A stretch of 64,000 bases of DNA from an uncultured Actinomycetota bacterium (lineage in GTDB: Bacteria > Actinomycetota > Actinomycetes > Mycobacteriales > Jatrophihabitantaceae), in contig CAVZOC010000006.1 of the NCBI GenBank assembly GCA_963776855.1, forward strand, positions 171,026 through 235,025, written 5' to 3'. How positions within the stretch are numbered: position 1 is the stretch's first letter; the number at the start of each line of letters is the position of its first letter. The notes beneath the pieces are model-generated. The model worked only from the letters and a program-made list of their open reading frames with translations. It ran no database searches and had not been told where the DNA came from. Both the position numbers and the translations under genes were made by a program. Below, in pieces: positions 1-9,081 of the stretch.

Positions 1-2
1 TG

Positions 3-2159
3 CTGATCCCGTGGCTGACGGTCGCCTTCCTTCCGGGCACGGCCGTTTTCGGCCTGATCCCCACGGCCGAGACGTGGCGACAGCTGGCCACGCTCATGAC
101 CCAGCTGCACCACACCACGCGGGAGACCGTCGCCCCGATCCAGACCGACGTCGCGGTACGCCTCGTGGTCTGCGCGCTGGTCGGGCTGCTGTTGGCCCTC
201 GTCGACCTCATCGCGGTCGTGGGGCGCCGCGCCGCGCTGGCCGGGGTGCCGCTGCTCGTGGTCTTCACCGTGTCCGGCGCCGTCCCCCGTCAGCCTGTCT
301 CGTGGGTCTGGTTCGTCATCGCGGCGGTCGGTTTCCTCATCCTGCTGTCCCTGGACTCCGGGGACGACCTGCGTCGCTGGGGGCGCCGCGTCCGCACCGG
401 CGCGGAGTCCCGGCGCGGCGCCGGGCCGCAGCTGGCCCCGACCGTGCCACGCATCGCCGTGGTCGCGCTCGTCGCCGCCGTCGTGCTGCCGCTGCTGCTG
501 CCCGGCGACCCCCGGAACCTGCTGGCGGACGCGTTCCACGGTCAGGACAGCAGCACCGGCATCAGCGGCTTCGGCGGGGACGGCAACGGCACCATCAGCC
601 CGTTCGCCGCGCTCAAGGGCCAGCTCAACCGCACGAACTCCCGTGTGCTGGCGCGCGTCCAGATGGCGGGACCCGTGGTCGTGAACCCGTTCTACCTGCG
701 GGTGAACACGCTGACCAAGTACACCGACGCCGGGTGGGAGGTCGGCGCGCGCGAGCCCGGAATCGACCTCCCCACCGCGAACGGCGTGTTCCCCCGCGCC
801 GGCGGCGGCAGCCCGCGTTCGGTGTCGATGCAGGCGCAGATCAGCATCACCGGCATGCGCGGAAACCCGCCGGTCTTCGCCGACCCGACCCTGATCGAGG
901 GGCTGCCGAGCAGCACCACCTGGCATCCGGACGGCGAGTTGCTGCTCAACACCGCCATCGACGACAACACCCGCTTCACCGAGCGGTTCGCCCAGCCGGC
1001 GCCGTCGGTCAGTCAGCTCGACCGGGCCTCCGCCCGGATCGATCAGGCCGTCCGGAGCGACCTGAACGTGCCCCACGACGTCGCGCCGTACGTGCGGTCG
1101 CTCGTCGGGCGGACCGTCGGCGGCGCGAGCACGCAGTACCGCAAGGCCCGCAAGCTGCTGGAGTACTTCACCGACCCGGCCCACGGCTTCACCTACGACC
1201 TGCAGACGAAGGTCGGTGACTCCGGCAGCGACCTCGTCGACTTCCTGCAGAACCGGCGGGGCTTCTGCCAGCAGTACGCGGCCGCTCTCGGGATCATGCT
1301 GCGGATCGCGGGGGTGCCCTCCCGCGTGGTGCTCGGCTACATGCACGCCGCCCCCGGTCGCGACCAGAGCTTCACCGTCGGCACGTCGGATGCGCACTCC
1401 TGGGTCGAGGCGTGGTTCGCCGGAGTCGGCTGGGTGCCGTTCGATCCCACCCCGGCCGCCGGGCTGGCCGCCGGCGCCGCGGACGGCATGCCCTGGGCGC
1501 CGCATCCGCAGGGCAACGGCTCGGCGGCAAGCGTGGACCCTCGCGTCTCGCTGCCGCCCAAGACCACGCCCTCGCCCACCGCCAGCGCGGCCGCGACGGC
1601 ACCGGCGCAACCCGGCGCGCGGCCGCACCGCTCCGGCGAGCAGGTGTCCCGCTCGATCGGCTGGTTCGCGACGCTGGGGCTGCTGGTGCTCGTCCTGGCG
1701 TTGGCGGCGACACCGGCCGTCATCCGCGAACAGCGTCGCCGGCGGCGGTACGCCGCCGGGCGGCACGGCGTCACCGACCCGCTCTGGGCCGAGCTGTCGG
1801 ACACCGCGGTCGACCTCGGCTATGTCTGGTCCCCGGCGCGGTCACCCCGCCAGGTGGCCGGCTGGCTGGGCCCGCACGCGCCGCAGCACGCCGGGGAGCT
1901 GAGCGCGTTGGCCGCGGCGGTGGAGCGCGAGCGCTACGCCCCGGCCGGGTCGAGGCCGGAGGGCGTGGACGGGCGGGCGCTGGTGGCCGGGCTGCAGGCC
2001 CTCACCGGCGAACTGCGCCAGGAACGCAGCGGCCGGGCGCGGTGGCGGGCCCGGTTCTGGCCGGCCTCGGTGAGCGGCTCGCTCTCCCCGGCGCTGCGGG
2101 AGCGGCTCGGGCGGGTGCGCCGGCTGGTGCCACGCGCGCGGTGGCGCCGAGAGCACTGA
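3..2159 (+). CDS. Transglutaminase-like (TgpA-type) membrane protein, 5'-truncated by the window edge
   Basis: The frame is open from base 3 (LIPWLTVAFL...) into ORF 96..2159. Has N-terminal TM segments, GFCQQYA (Cys), AHSWVE (His), FDPTP (Asp) and a C-terminal TM helix. Confidence 0.9.
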   Translation: MIPWLTVAFLPGTAVFGLIPTAETWRQLATLMTQLHHTTRETVAPIQTDVAVRLVVCALVGLLLALVDLIAVVGRRAALAGVPLLVVFTVSGAVPRQPVSWVWFVIAAVGFLILLSLDSGDDLRRWGRRVRTGAESRRGAGPQLAPTVPRIAVVALVAAVVLPLLLPGDPRNLLADAFHGQDSSTGISGFGGDGNGTISPFAALKGQLNRTNSRVLARVQMAGPVVVNPFYLRVNTLTKYTDAGWEVGAREPGIDLPTANGVFPRAGGGSPRSVSMQAQISITGMRGNPPVFADPTLIEGLPSSTTWHPDGELLLNTAIDDNTRFTERFAQPAPSVSQLDRASARIDQAVRSDLNVPHDVAPYVRSLVGRTVGGASTQYRKARKLLEYFTDPAHGFTYDLQTKVGDSGSDLVDFLQNRRGFCQQYAAALGIMLRIAGVPSRVVLGYMHAAPGRDQSFTVGTSDAHSWVEAWFAGVGWVPFDPTPAAGLAAGAADGMPWAPHPQGNGSAASVDPRVSLPPKTTPSPTASAAATAPAQPGARPHRSGEQVSRSIGWFATLGLLVLVLALAATPAVIREQRRRRRYAAGRHGVTDPLWAELSDTAVDLGYVWSPARSPRQVAGWLGPHAPQHAGELSALAAAVERERYAPAGSRPEGVDGRALVAGLQALTGELRQERSGRARWRARFWPASVSGSLSPALRERLGRVRRLVPRARWRREH

Positions 2160-2229
2160 ACAGCACCGAACAAGGCTGAGTGGCCGGTCTACTGACCTCG
2201 GCCTACCGGTCTTGGTCTACTGGCCTTCT

Positions 2230-2622
2230 CTACTGGCCTTCGTCGAACCGACGCTTGAGCCGGTCCTCCATGCGGCTGCGCAGGCCGTTGCCGCCGGGTT
2301 GCTGCTTGGTCGGGCGGGCGGCTGCCTCGGCCGTCTCGGGAGTGCTGCTGCTGTTGCGACCGCGGACGGTCTGCACCAGGAACCCCAGCGCACCGACGAC
2401 CAGGACGAAGCCCACCACGCTGAGCGGGATCAGTTGCGAGACCAGCCCGACGAGCACCAGGGCGAGGCCGACCAGCACTCCGGCCGCGCTGAGGAAGATC
2501 GACCGGCGGGTGCGGGATTTCGCCCGGGCCGAGCGCACCGATTGGGCGAACTTGGGATCCTCGGCGTAGAGCGCCTGCTCGATCTCGTCCAGCAGTCGCT
2601 GCTCGTGCTCGGAGAGCGGCAC
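2230..2622 (-). CDS. DUF3040-type small membrane protein
   Basis: MPLSEHEQRLLDEIEQALYAEDPKFA N-terminus followed by two TM helices. GGAGG lies upstream. Confidence 0.85.
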   Translation of the reverse strand: MPLSEHEQRLLDEIEQALYAEDPKFAQSVRSARAKSRTRRSIFLSAAGVLVGLALVLVGLVSQLIPLSVVGFVLVVGALGFLVQTVRGRNSSSTPETAEAAARPTKQQPGGNGLRSRMEDRLKRRFDEGQ

Positions 2623-2819
2623 TGGGCCCTCCTTCGTCTACTGCGGCGGCGTCACCGTCAGCATGCTGTCGACCAACGTGGGGGATGTGACGGTGCCGGG
2701 GCGCCGTCAATCTCGAGCATACGAGCCAATTGGCCGGATCGAAAGTTACGAGGAGCAGTCTGTGGGCGCCAGAGGCCGAATTGGTGGCGGGATGGGCGCA
2801 CCGGCCCGGCTGCTCGGCC

Positions 2820-4187
2820 TCAGCGCGCCTGATTCCCGCCGCCCCGCGGTGGGCTCGGCGCCAGCAGCGAGCCCACCTGGACGGCCTGCGCTCCGAAGCG
2901 TTCCCGCGCGGCGTCGACCGCCCGTTCGGCCTGCCGGCGGGCGGCCGGGGCCTGCCGGGCGGGGCCGGGCGGGGCGGCCCGGCCCGCGTCAGCGGAGGGC
3001 GCGACCTCGGTGGGGTTGTCGGCAGAGCGCTCGGCAGAGTGCTCGAGCGGGTGCTCGACGGGGGCGGGGCCGACGTCCAGGGTGAGCTGCTCCGGGGCCT
3101 GGTCGGCCGGGCGGAGATTCTCGGCCTTGACGCCGACCAGCCGCACCCGGGGGCGGTCGAGGCCGAGGCCGCGGTAGAGCTCGACGGCCACCTCGTCGAT
3201 CTCGGCGGTGACGTCGGTCCAGCCGGGCAGCGTGCGCACCCGGGTCAGGGTGCGGAAGTCCGCGAAACGGATCTTGATGCCGATCGTGCGGGCGACGAAG
3301 CCGCGGTGGCGCAGCCGCGTGCCGACGTCCTCGGCCAGGCGGAGCAGCTCCCGCCGTACCTCGGACTCGGCGGTCAGGTCCTCCTCGAGCGTCCGGTCGG
3401 AGCTGATCGACTTCTCGACCTCGTGCGGCTGGACGGGGCGGGGGTCGATGCCGGCGGCCAAGGTGGTCAGGTGCTCGGCGGCGGCGGTTCCCACGGCGCG
3501 TCGCACCGTGTCGAGGGGGGTCTCGGCGAGGTCGCCCACCGTCCGGATGCCGAGGCGGTGCAGCGGCTCGGCGGTGCGGGCGCCGACCCCCCACAGCGCG
3601 GTGACCGGTAGCGGGTGGAGGAAATCGAGCACGCGCGCCGCGGGGACCACCAGCATGCCGTCGGGTTTGCACCGCGCCGAGGCGAGCTTGGCGACGAACT
3701 TGGTCGGGGCCACGCCGACCGAGCAGCTCAACTCGAGCTCGTCGGCCACCCGCTGCCGGATCGCCGCGGCGATGGCACCCGGCCTGCCGTGCACGCGCCG
3801 GGCGCCGGCGACGTCCAGGAAGGCCTCGTCGAGGGACAGCGGTTCGACCAGCGGCGTCACGTCGCGCAGGATCGCCATGACCTGGCGGGAGACCTCGCTG
3901 TAGGCCTCGCGGTCCGGGGGCAGCACCACGGCCCGGGGGCAGAGCCGCAACGCCTGGCTCATCGCCATCGCGCTGCGCACGCCGTAGCGGCGGGCCTCGT
4001 AGGAGGCAGCGGCGACGACGCCGCGCCGCCCCCCGCCGACCACGACCGGCCGGTGGCGCAGCTCGGGCCGGCGACGGGTCTCGACGCTGGCGAAGAACGC
4101 GTCCATGTCGACGTGCAGCATCGTGCAGCCGGCGTCGTCCCCGTCGAAGCGGCCGGCGGTGCGAGGAAGGTCGTGGCTGCGGCCCAT
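2820..4187 (-). CDS. dinB: DNA polymerase IV (Y-family)
   Basis: HVDMDAFFAS, YEARRYGVRSAM and SLDEAFLD motifs. Start set at MGRSHD (ATG 4187). Confidence 0.95.
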   Translation of the reverse strand: MGRSHDLPRTAGRFDGDDAGCTMLHVDMDAFFASVETRRRPELRHRPVVVGGGRRGVVAAASYEARRYGVRSAMAMSQALRLCPRAVVLPPDREAYSEVSRQVMAILRDVTPLVEPLSLDEAFLDVAGARRVHGRPGAIAAAIRQRVADELELSCSVGVAPTKFVAKLASARCKPDGMLVVPAARVLDFLHPLPVTALWGVGARTAEPLHRLGIRTVGDLAETPLDTVRRAVGTAAAEHLTTLAAGIDPRPVQPHEVEKSISSDRTLEEDLTAESEVRRELLRLAEDVGTRLRHRGFVARTIGIKIRFADFRTLTRVRTLPGWTDVTAEIDEVAVELYRGLGLDRPRVRLVGVKAENLRPADQAPEQLTLDVGPAPVEHPLEHSAERSADNPTEVAPSADAGRAAPPGPARQAPAARRQAERAVDAARERFGAQAVQVGSLLAPSPPRGGGNQAR

Positions 4188-4251
4188 CACCGGCCCCTGG
4201 CGGATCGGACGGGCACAGAGGCTGGGCCGGCGACCGGTGGGGCGAGGCGGG

Positions 4252-4980
4252 TCACGGGCCGGGGCGGCGCAGCAGCAGGTGGACGCGAGCGGCGATCTCG
4301 GCGAACGGCGGGCGCTCGGCGGCGGCCGCGTCCAGCTGGGCGACCGCCTCACGGGCGCCTGGGGTCTCGCCGACCGAACCGGGGACGAGATCGGAGAACA
4401 CGCCGACGCCGGCACGGGACTCGAGCGTGAGCCCGATCGCCGCGGCCAGCCTCACCACCCGGTCCGGGCCCACGGTGTCGGGGGCGTCCAACCGACGGAG
4501 TTCGGTGAGCGCGGCCGCGGGTTCACCGCCCAGGGCCCGCCCCAGCACCGCCGCCGCCGGATTGGCCAGCACCACGCTGAGCACCCCGCCGGGTGTGACC
4601 CGGGCGGCCATGGCCGCGAGCACGGCGTCCGGGTCGCTCACCGAGTCCAGCACGCCGTGGGCCAGTACCGCGTCGAAGCTCTCGTCCCCCTCGAACACGG
4701 CTGCGAGTACCTCGATGTCCCCGGGAACGCCGGTGACCGCGCCCTCGACCCCGGCCTCGGCCGCGCGCCGCTGCAGCGTGCTCAGGGCGTCGGCGCTGAC
4801 GTCGACCACGGTGACCTGCGCTCCCGCCGCCGCCAGCGGCACGGCGATGGCACCGCTGCCGCCGCCGCAGTCGAGCACGCGGCGTCCTGTTCCGTCGCCG
4901 GTCAGGGCGCCCAGCACCCGTTCCACCACCAGCCCGATACGCCCGGTGGCGAGCCGGTCACGGGTGGGCGGTCGGGACAC
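4252..4980 (-). CDS. Class I SAM-dependent methyltransferase
   Basis: VLDCGGGSG motif I, VTVVDVS and FDAVLAHGVL. GTG start at 4980 inferred. Confidence 0.85.
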   Translation of the reverse strand: MSRPPTRDRLATGRIGLVVERVLGALTGDGTGRRVLDCGGGSGAIAVPLAAAGAQVTVVDVSADALSTLQRRAAEAGVEGAVTGVPGDIEVLAAVFEGDESFDAVLAHGVLDSVSDPDAVLAAMAARVTPGGVLSVVLANPAAAVLGRALGGEPAAALTELRRLDAPDTVGPDRVVRLAAAIGLTLESRAGVGVFSDLVPGSVGETPGAREAVAQLDAAAAERPPFAEIAARVHLLLRRPGP

Positions 4981-5120
4981 GTCCCCGACAGTAGCCGCCG
5001 GCTCGGACACGCCGCGGCATCGCAACCGGTGTCGCGATGCCCCGGGTGTCGCGATGGCCCGGGAGTTCGGGATCCGGTGACGGGCCGCCCCCAACGGCCC
5101 GGCACCGGAAGCATCGCCGA

Positions 5121-5543
5121 TCAGGCGGCCAGCAGCCCCAGTCGCCGCTCCACCAGGGCGAGGAACTCGGCGGCCGCCCGCACCTGATCGTCCGCCGAAC
5201 GGGCCGTGACCGCCGAGGCTGCCCCCGCCTCGATCGCGGCCCGGACCTGGGCCCCGGCGGCGAACAACGAGGCCCAGTCCGCGAATTCGGGCGCGACGCG
5301 TTCGAGAAGAACCCAGACGTTCATCAGGCGCCGTTGCATCGAGGCCGGCCGCCCGCGTTCGGCCGCCACCGCGGCGGCGGTACGCAACGCGGCCAGCTGC
5401 GCGAGCCGGAACCGCTCCCCCGGGTCGGCTTCCGACCGCGCCGCCAGCAGCCCCGCCCGGGCCTGCTCCAGCAGCCCGACTACCGAGCCGCGGGCCGGGC
5501 ACGTGGCTGCGGTCAGCAACCGCGTCGTCGTGCGACCAGTCAT
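5121..5543 (-). CDS. SAV_6107-like HEPN-domain protein
   Basis: ERFRLAQLAALRTAAAV...NVWVLLERVAPEFADWASLFAAGA resembles this actinobacterial family. GAGGAGG lies upstream. Confidence 0.75.
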   Translation of the reverse strand: MTGRTTTRLLTAATCPARGSVVGLLEQARAGLLAARSEADPGERFRLAQLAALRTAAAVAAERGRPASMQRRLMNVWVLLERVAPEFADWASLFAAGAQVRAAIEAGAASAVTARSADDQVRAAAEFLALVERRLGLLAA

Positions 5544-5575
5544 GAGAAACCTCCTCGGGTCCTCGCGTCCGCACC

Positions 5576-5605
5576 ATTATTAGTACACCTATTCGATAGA
5601 GTCAA
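5576..5605 (-). promoter_or_regulatory. Sigma70-type promoter with a degenerate LexA (SOS) box in its spacer
   Basis: Minus strand reads TTGACT-N18-AATAAT. The spacer region holds TCGAATAGGTGTACTA (5596-5581), 3 mismatches from the actinobacterial TCGAAC-N4-GTTCGA box. It lies upstream of the operon ending in dinB. Confidence 0.6.
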
Positions 5606-5670
5606 GCACTCGAGGTCGGCTCCCCCGCCGCTCTCCCCGGGGTCCGAGCGCCTGCCGTCCCTTGCTCCGC

Positions 5671-5693
5671 ACCCTCCCACCGAGGTCCGACAA
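5671..5693 (-). promoter_or_regulatory. Possible PafBC/RecA-NDp-type promoter
   Basis: Minus strand TTGTCGG-N10-GAGGGT; the -10 has one mismatch to TANNNT. Confidence 0.35.
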
Positions 5694-5906
5694 AACCCGC
5701 GGCCCGCGGCCACGGAGGCGGCCGGGTGATCTTCGACGGCCGACTACTGTTGGCCGCGTGCACCGGAACTGCGAGGCCGTGAACGAGGTACTGCTCGCGG
5801 GCGGGGCTCCGGCGACCGTCGGGTGAGCGCGCGCCGTGAACGTCAGCACGCCGCGGTCGTGTCCGTCCCGATGCGAGGCGGGCCGGCCGTGAGGCACGAT
5901 CAATAC

Positions 5907-6476
5907 ATGCGATCCGCGGAGCGTCCGGCGATGACCGGGGCGCGTATCGAGGTCTGGTCCGGGCCTCAGTTCGCGCATCGGGTCGAGGACGCGATGGGGA
6001 TCTACGTCCAGGCCATGGGTTACCCGGACTACACCGGGTCCCAGCGTGGCGTCAGTGCGCGCAGGCATGCCGATCTCGACGGCTTCGCCTGTCGCGCGGC
6101 CCTGACCGACCAGGACCGGCTCGTCGGCTTCGGCTACGGCTACACCACCGCCCGCGGCCAGTGGTGGCACGACCTCGTCCGCCGGGCCCTGGTCCGCGAG
6201 GGCAACGAGGGTTGGCTGGACGACGCCTTCGAGTTGTCCGAACTGCACGTGTTGCCGGGCTTCCAGGGCGCGGGGCTCGGACGCCGGTTGCTCTTCGACC
6301 TCACCCGGGGGCTGCCGCACGGCGCGGTGCTGCTCTCCACACCCGACACCGACACCCGGGCGTTCCGCCTCTACCGCTCCACCGGCTTCGTCGACCTGGC
6401 CCGCAACTACCTGTTCCCGGGGGACTCGCGCCCCTTCGCGGTGCTGGGGGCCCGGATGCCGCTGCCGGAACGATGA
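5907..6476 (+). CDS. GNAT-family acetyltransferase
   Basis: ELSELHVLPGFQGAGLGRRLL acetyl-CoA motif and AFRLYRSTGF. Start at 5907 or 5931. Confidence 0.88.
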   Translation: MRSAERPAMTGARIEVWSGPQFAHRVEDAMGIYVQAMGYPDYTGSQRGVSARRHADLDGFACRAALTDQDRLVGFGYGYTTARGQWWHDLVRRALVREGNEGWLDDAFELSELHVLPGFQGAGLGRRLLFDLTRGLPHGAVLLSTPDTDTRAFRLYRSTGFVDLARNYLFPGDSRPFAVLGARMPLPER

Positions 6477-7333
6477 CCCTCACGCCGGCGACGCACCCCC
6501 GCGGCACCGCCGTGCCCACGGTGCCCACGGTGCCCGCAGCGCTCGCAGTGCTCGCCGGAGCCGTCGTCGCCCTGCAGATCGCCTATCCGCTGACGTCGGG
6601 GGCCTGGCGCGACCGGCTCACCGTGAGCATCGTCGCCCTCTTCGCGCTGACCTGCCTGGGGCACGCTGCGGCGACGCGCGGTACGCGGTTCGCCGGGACG
6701 TTGCTGCTGGTCACCGCGGGTCCGGGCTTCGCGGCGGAGGTCGTCGGCGTCCACACCGGGGTGCCGTTCGGGGACTACAGCTACGCGGGCACGCTCGGCC
6801 CGCAGCTGGTCGGGGTACCGCTCGTCGTGGCCCTGGCCTGGACGATGCTGGCCTGGCCGGCCGCGCTCGCAGCCCGGCGGCTCGTCGCGTCCTTCGCGGG
6901 GCGGGTCCTGGTCGGCACGTGGGGGCTCGCCTCGGCCGACCTGTTCCTGGACCCGCAGATGGTCGCCGACGGCTACTGGCAGTGGCGCGGACCCTTCGCC
7001 CACCTGCCGGGTGTGGCCGACGTTCCGCTGACCAACCTGGCGGGCTGGGTGCTGGTCGCGGCGGTGCTGTCGCTGTTGCTGCAGTGGCTCCTGGACTCGG
7101 CCGACCCCGCGACGCCCCCCGCCGGGACGGATACGGTGCCGATCGCGCTGTACCTGTGGTGGTACATGGGCTGGACGGTGGCGCTCGCGATCTTCCTCCG
7201 CCAACCGGTCGCGGCCACCTGGGGCGCCGCGGGCATGGGCGTCGTCGCCGTCCCGCTGGCCGCCCGGATGCCCTTACGGCGGAGCGCCGGCGCCGGTGCC
7301 CGGCGCGCCACGGCGGGTTCGTCCGCGGCGTGA
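6473..7333 (+). CDS. cruF: Carotenoid biosynthesis membrane protein (CruF-like 1',2'-hydratase)
   Basis: EVVGVHTGVPFGDYSY, DLFLDPQMV and VPLTNLAGW motifs. ATGA overlap with the GNAT stop. Confidence 0.8.
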   Translation: MTLTPATHPRGTAVPTVPTVPAALAVLAGAVVALQIAYPLTSGAWRDRLTVSIVALFALTCLGHAAATRGTRFAGTLLLVTAGPGFAAEVVGVHTGVPFGDYSYAGTLGPQLVGVPLVVALAWTMLAWPAALAARRLVASFAGRVLVGTWGLASADLFLDPQMVADGYWQWRGPFAHLPGVADVPLTNLAGWVLVAAVLSLLLQWLLDSADPATPPAGTDTVPIALYLWWYMGWTVALAIFLRQPVAATWGAAGMGVVAVPLAARMPLRRSAGAGARRATAGSSAA

Positions 7334-8421
7334 GCCTCGCGGTCCGCTCCGGCGCCACGCTCGCCGTGGCCGGCGCGCTGCACGCCGCGATGAACGCGCG
7401 CCACCTGCGCCGCCCGGCCGCGGCTCCGGGGCCTGCGACCACGCTGCCGGAACGCGGGGTGCCGGTGCTGATCCCGGCGCGGGACGAGGCGGCGACGATC
7501 GAGGCCTGTGTGGGGTCGCTGGTCGGGCAACCGGGCGTGGCCGAAGTCGTCGTGCTGGACGACGAGTCGTCGGATGCCACGGCCGTTCGGGCAGTGGCCG
7601 CCGGCGCCCGCGTCGTGGCCGGCACGCCGCCGCCGCCGGGCTGGTCGGGCAAGCCGTGGGCCCACGCCCAGCTGGCGGCCGCCGTCCCCGAGGCGGAGGT
7701 GCTGATCCTGGTGGACGCCGACGTGGTGCTCGCACCGGGCGCCGTGGTCCGCGCGCTCGCCCTGCTCGACGACGCCGACCTGGATCTGCTCAGCCCGTTC
7801 CCGCGGCAGCGGGCGGCGGGGCCGGCGGAGCGGCTGGTGCAGCCGCTGCTGCAGTGGTCGTGGTTGACGACGCTGCCGCTGCGGGCAGCCGAACGCTCGC
7901 CGCGCCCGTCCCTGACCGCAGCCTGCGGGCAGTTCCTGGTGCTCCGCCGGTCGGCGCTCCGCCGGGCGGGCGGATTCGCCGCCATCCGGTCCGAGGTGCT
8001 CGACGACCTCGCGCTCGCTCGCGCGGTGAAGCGGGCCGGGGGCCGCGTCGCGGTCGCGGACGGCAGCGACCTGGCCACCGCCCGCATGTACGCCGACTGG
8101 CCCGCCCTGCGCGCGGGCTACGAGAAATCGCTCTGGGCCGCGTTCGGTTCCCCGCTCGGCGCGGCGGCGGTGATCGCGGCCCTGGCGTGGGTCTATGTGC
8201 TGCCCGCCGCCGCGGCGCTTCGCGGGTCCCGAGCCGGGTTGGTGGGCTACGCCGCGGGGGTGGCGTCGCGAGTCGTCGCAGCGCGTGCGACCGGGGGCAG
8301 GGCCTGGCCCGATGCGCTCGCCCACCCCGTCTCGGTCCTGCTGTTCGCCCGGCTCGCCGTCGGCTCGCTGGTCGGCAGGCGCCGGGGGCGGCTGCGGTGG
8401 AAGGGGCGCCCGGTGGTCTGA
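7330..8421 (+). CDS. cruG: GT2 glycosyltransferase (CruG-like carotenoid glycosyltransferase)
   Basis: VLIPARDE, VLDDESSD, GWSGKPWA, VDADV, GQFLVL and DDLALAR motifs. GTGA overlap with the cruF stop. Confidence 0.8.
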   Translation: MSLAVRSGATLAVAGALHAAMNARHLRRPAAAPGPATTLPERGVPVLIPARDEAATIEACVGSLVGQPGVAEVVVLDDESSDATAVRAVAAGARVVAGTPPPPGWSGKPWAHAQLAAAVPEAEVLILVDADVVLAPGAVVRALALLDDADLDLLSPFPRQRAAGPAERLVQPLLQWSWLTTLPLRAAERSPRPSLTAACGQFLVLRRSALRRAGGFAAIRSEVLDDLALARAVKRAGGRVAVADGSDLATARMYADWPALRAGYEKSLWAAFGSPLGAAAVIAALAWVYVLPAAAALRGSRAGLVGYAAGVASRVVAARATGGRAWPDALAHPVSVLLFARLAVGSLVGRRRGRLRWKGRPVV

Positions 8422-8430
8422 GCCCGGCGA

Positions 8431-9045
8431 CTACGCGACCGGCGGCGCCTGGGCGTGGAGCAGTTGCCCCGCCGCGACGGCGGCGGCCGCCAGCCACACC
8501 GCGGCGCAGACCAGCACCGGCCAGCGCGCGTCGCTCAGCGCGGCGCAGAGGCAGGCCAGCCCGGCACAGATCGTCCAGGTGGGGCGCTCCCCGGCCGTGA
8601 TCACGGCCGACACGTGCCGGGCGCGTCGCAGCAGGTCGACGCCGACCGCGGTCACCGCGGCGGTCACCGCCAGCCAGCCCGGGACGCCGCAGCGCCACAA
8701 GACGGCGGCGAACAGGGCGTCGACCAGCCGGTCGGCCACGGCATCGGCCCGCGCGCCGGCCGGCGTGGCCCGGTCGGCGAGCACCGCGACCGCGCCGTCG
8801 AGGCCGTCGCACACCGCCGCGGCCACCACGAGCGGCAGCGCCGCCGCGGGCACGGTGGCGGCCGTCAGCACCGCCGCGAGGGCGAACAGCACCCCGCAGG
8901 CCGTCACGGCCGTGGGGGGCACACCGAGGCGCACCGCCGGCCGGGCGAGCGTCCAGAGCAGCCGCAGCCAGCCCCGCAGCAGCGGGACCCCGGCGGGGTC
9001 GATCCCGTGATGCAGCCGCGACCACCGCTGGAACGGGGTGGTCAC
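8431..9045 (-). CDS. CDP-alcohol phosphatidyltransferase family protein
   Basis: DGLDGAVA...GARADAVADR signature; multiple TM segments. Confidence 0.8.
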   Translation of the reverse strand: MTTPFQRWSRLHHGIDPAGVPLLRGWLRLLWTLARPAVRLGVPPTAVTACGVLFALAAVLTAATVPAAALPLVVAAAVCDGLDGAVAVLADRATPAGARADAVADRLVDALFAAVLWRCGVPGWLAVTAAVTAVGVDLLRRARHVSAVITAGERPTWTICAGLACLCAALSDARWPVLVCAAVWLAAAAVAAGQLLHAQAPPVA

Positions 9046-9081
9046 GACGCGCGACCTCCGCCGGCGCTCGGACGCCGGCGC

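Noticed and set aside
5016-5056. GGCATCGC...GCGATGCC hairpin with a repeated GGTGTCGCGATG between the HEPN-like and methyltransferase genes
   Set aside because: Short and GC-rich. No second copy was noticed in the window, so a REP family or function cannot be supported.
5766-5791. GGAAC-N18-GTA as an ECF/SigH-type promoter for the GNAT-cruF-cruG operon
   Set aside because: Imperfect -10, and such words are likely to arise by chance; unsupported without TSS data.
6513-6536. GTGCCCACG tandem (VPTVPTVP) at the cruF N-terminus
   Set aside because: A short in-frame low-complexity repeat with no evident functional consequence.
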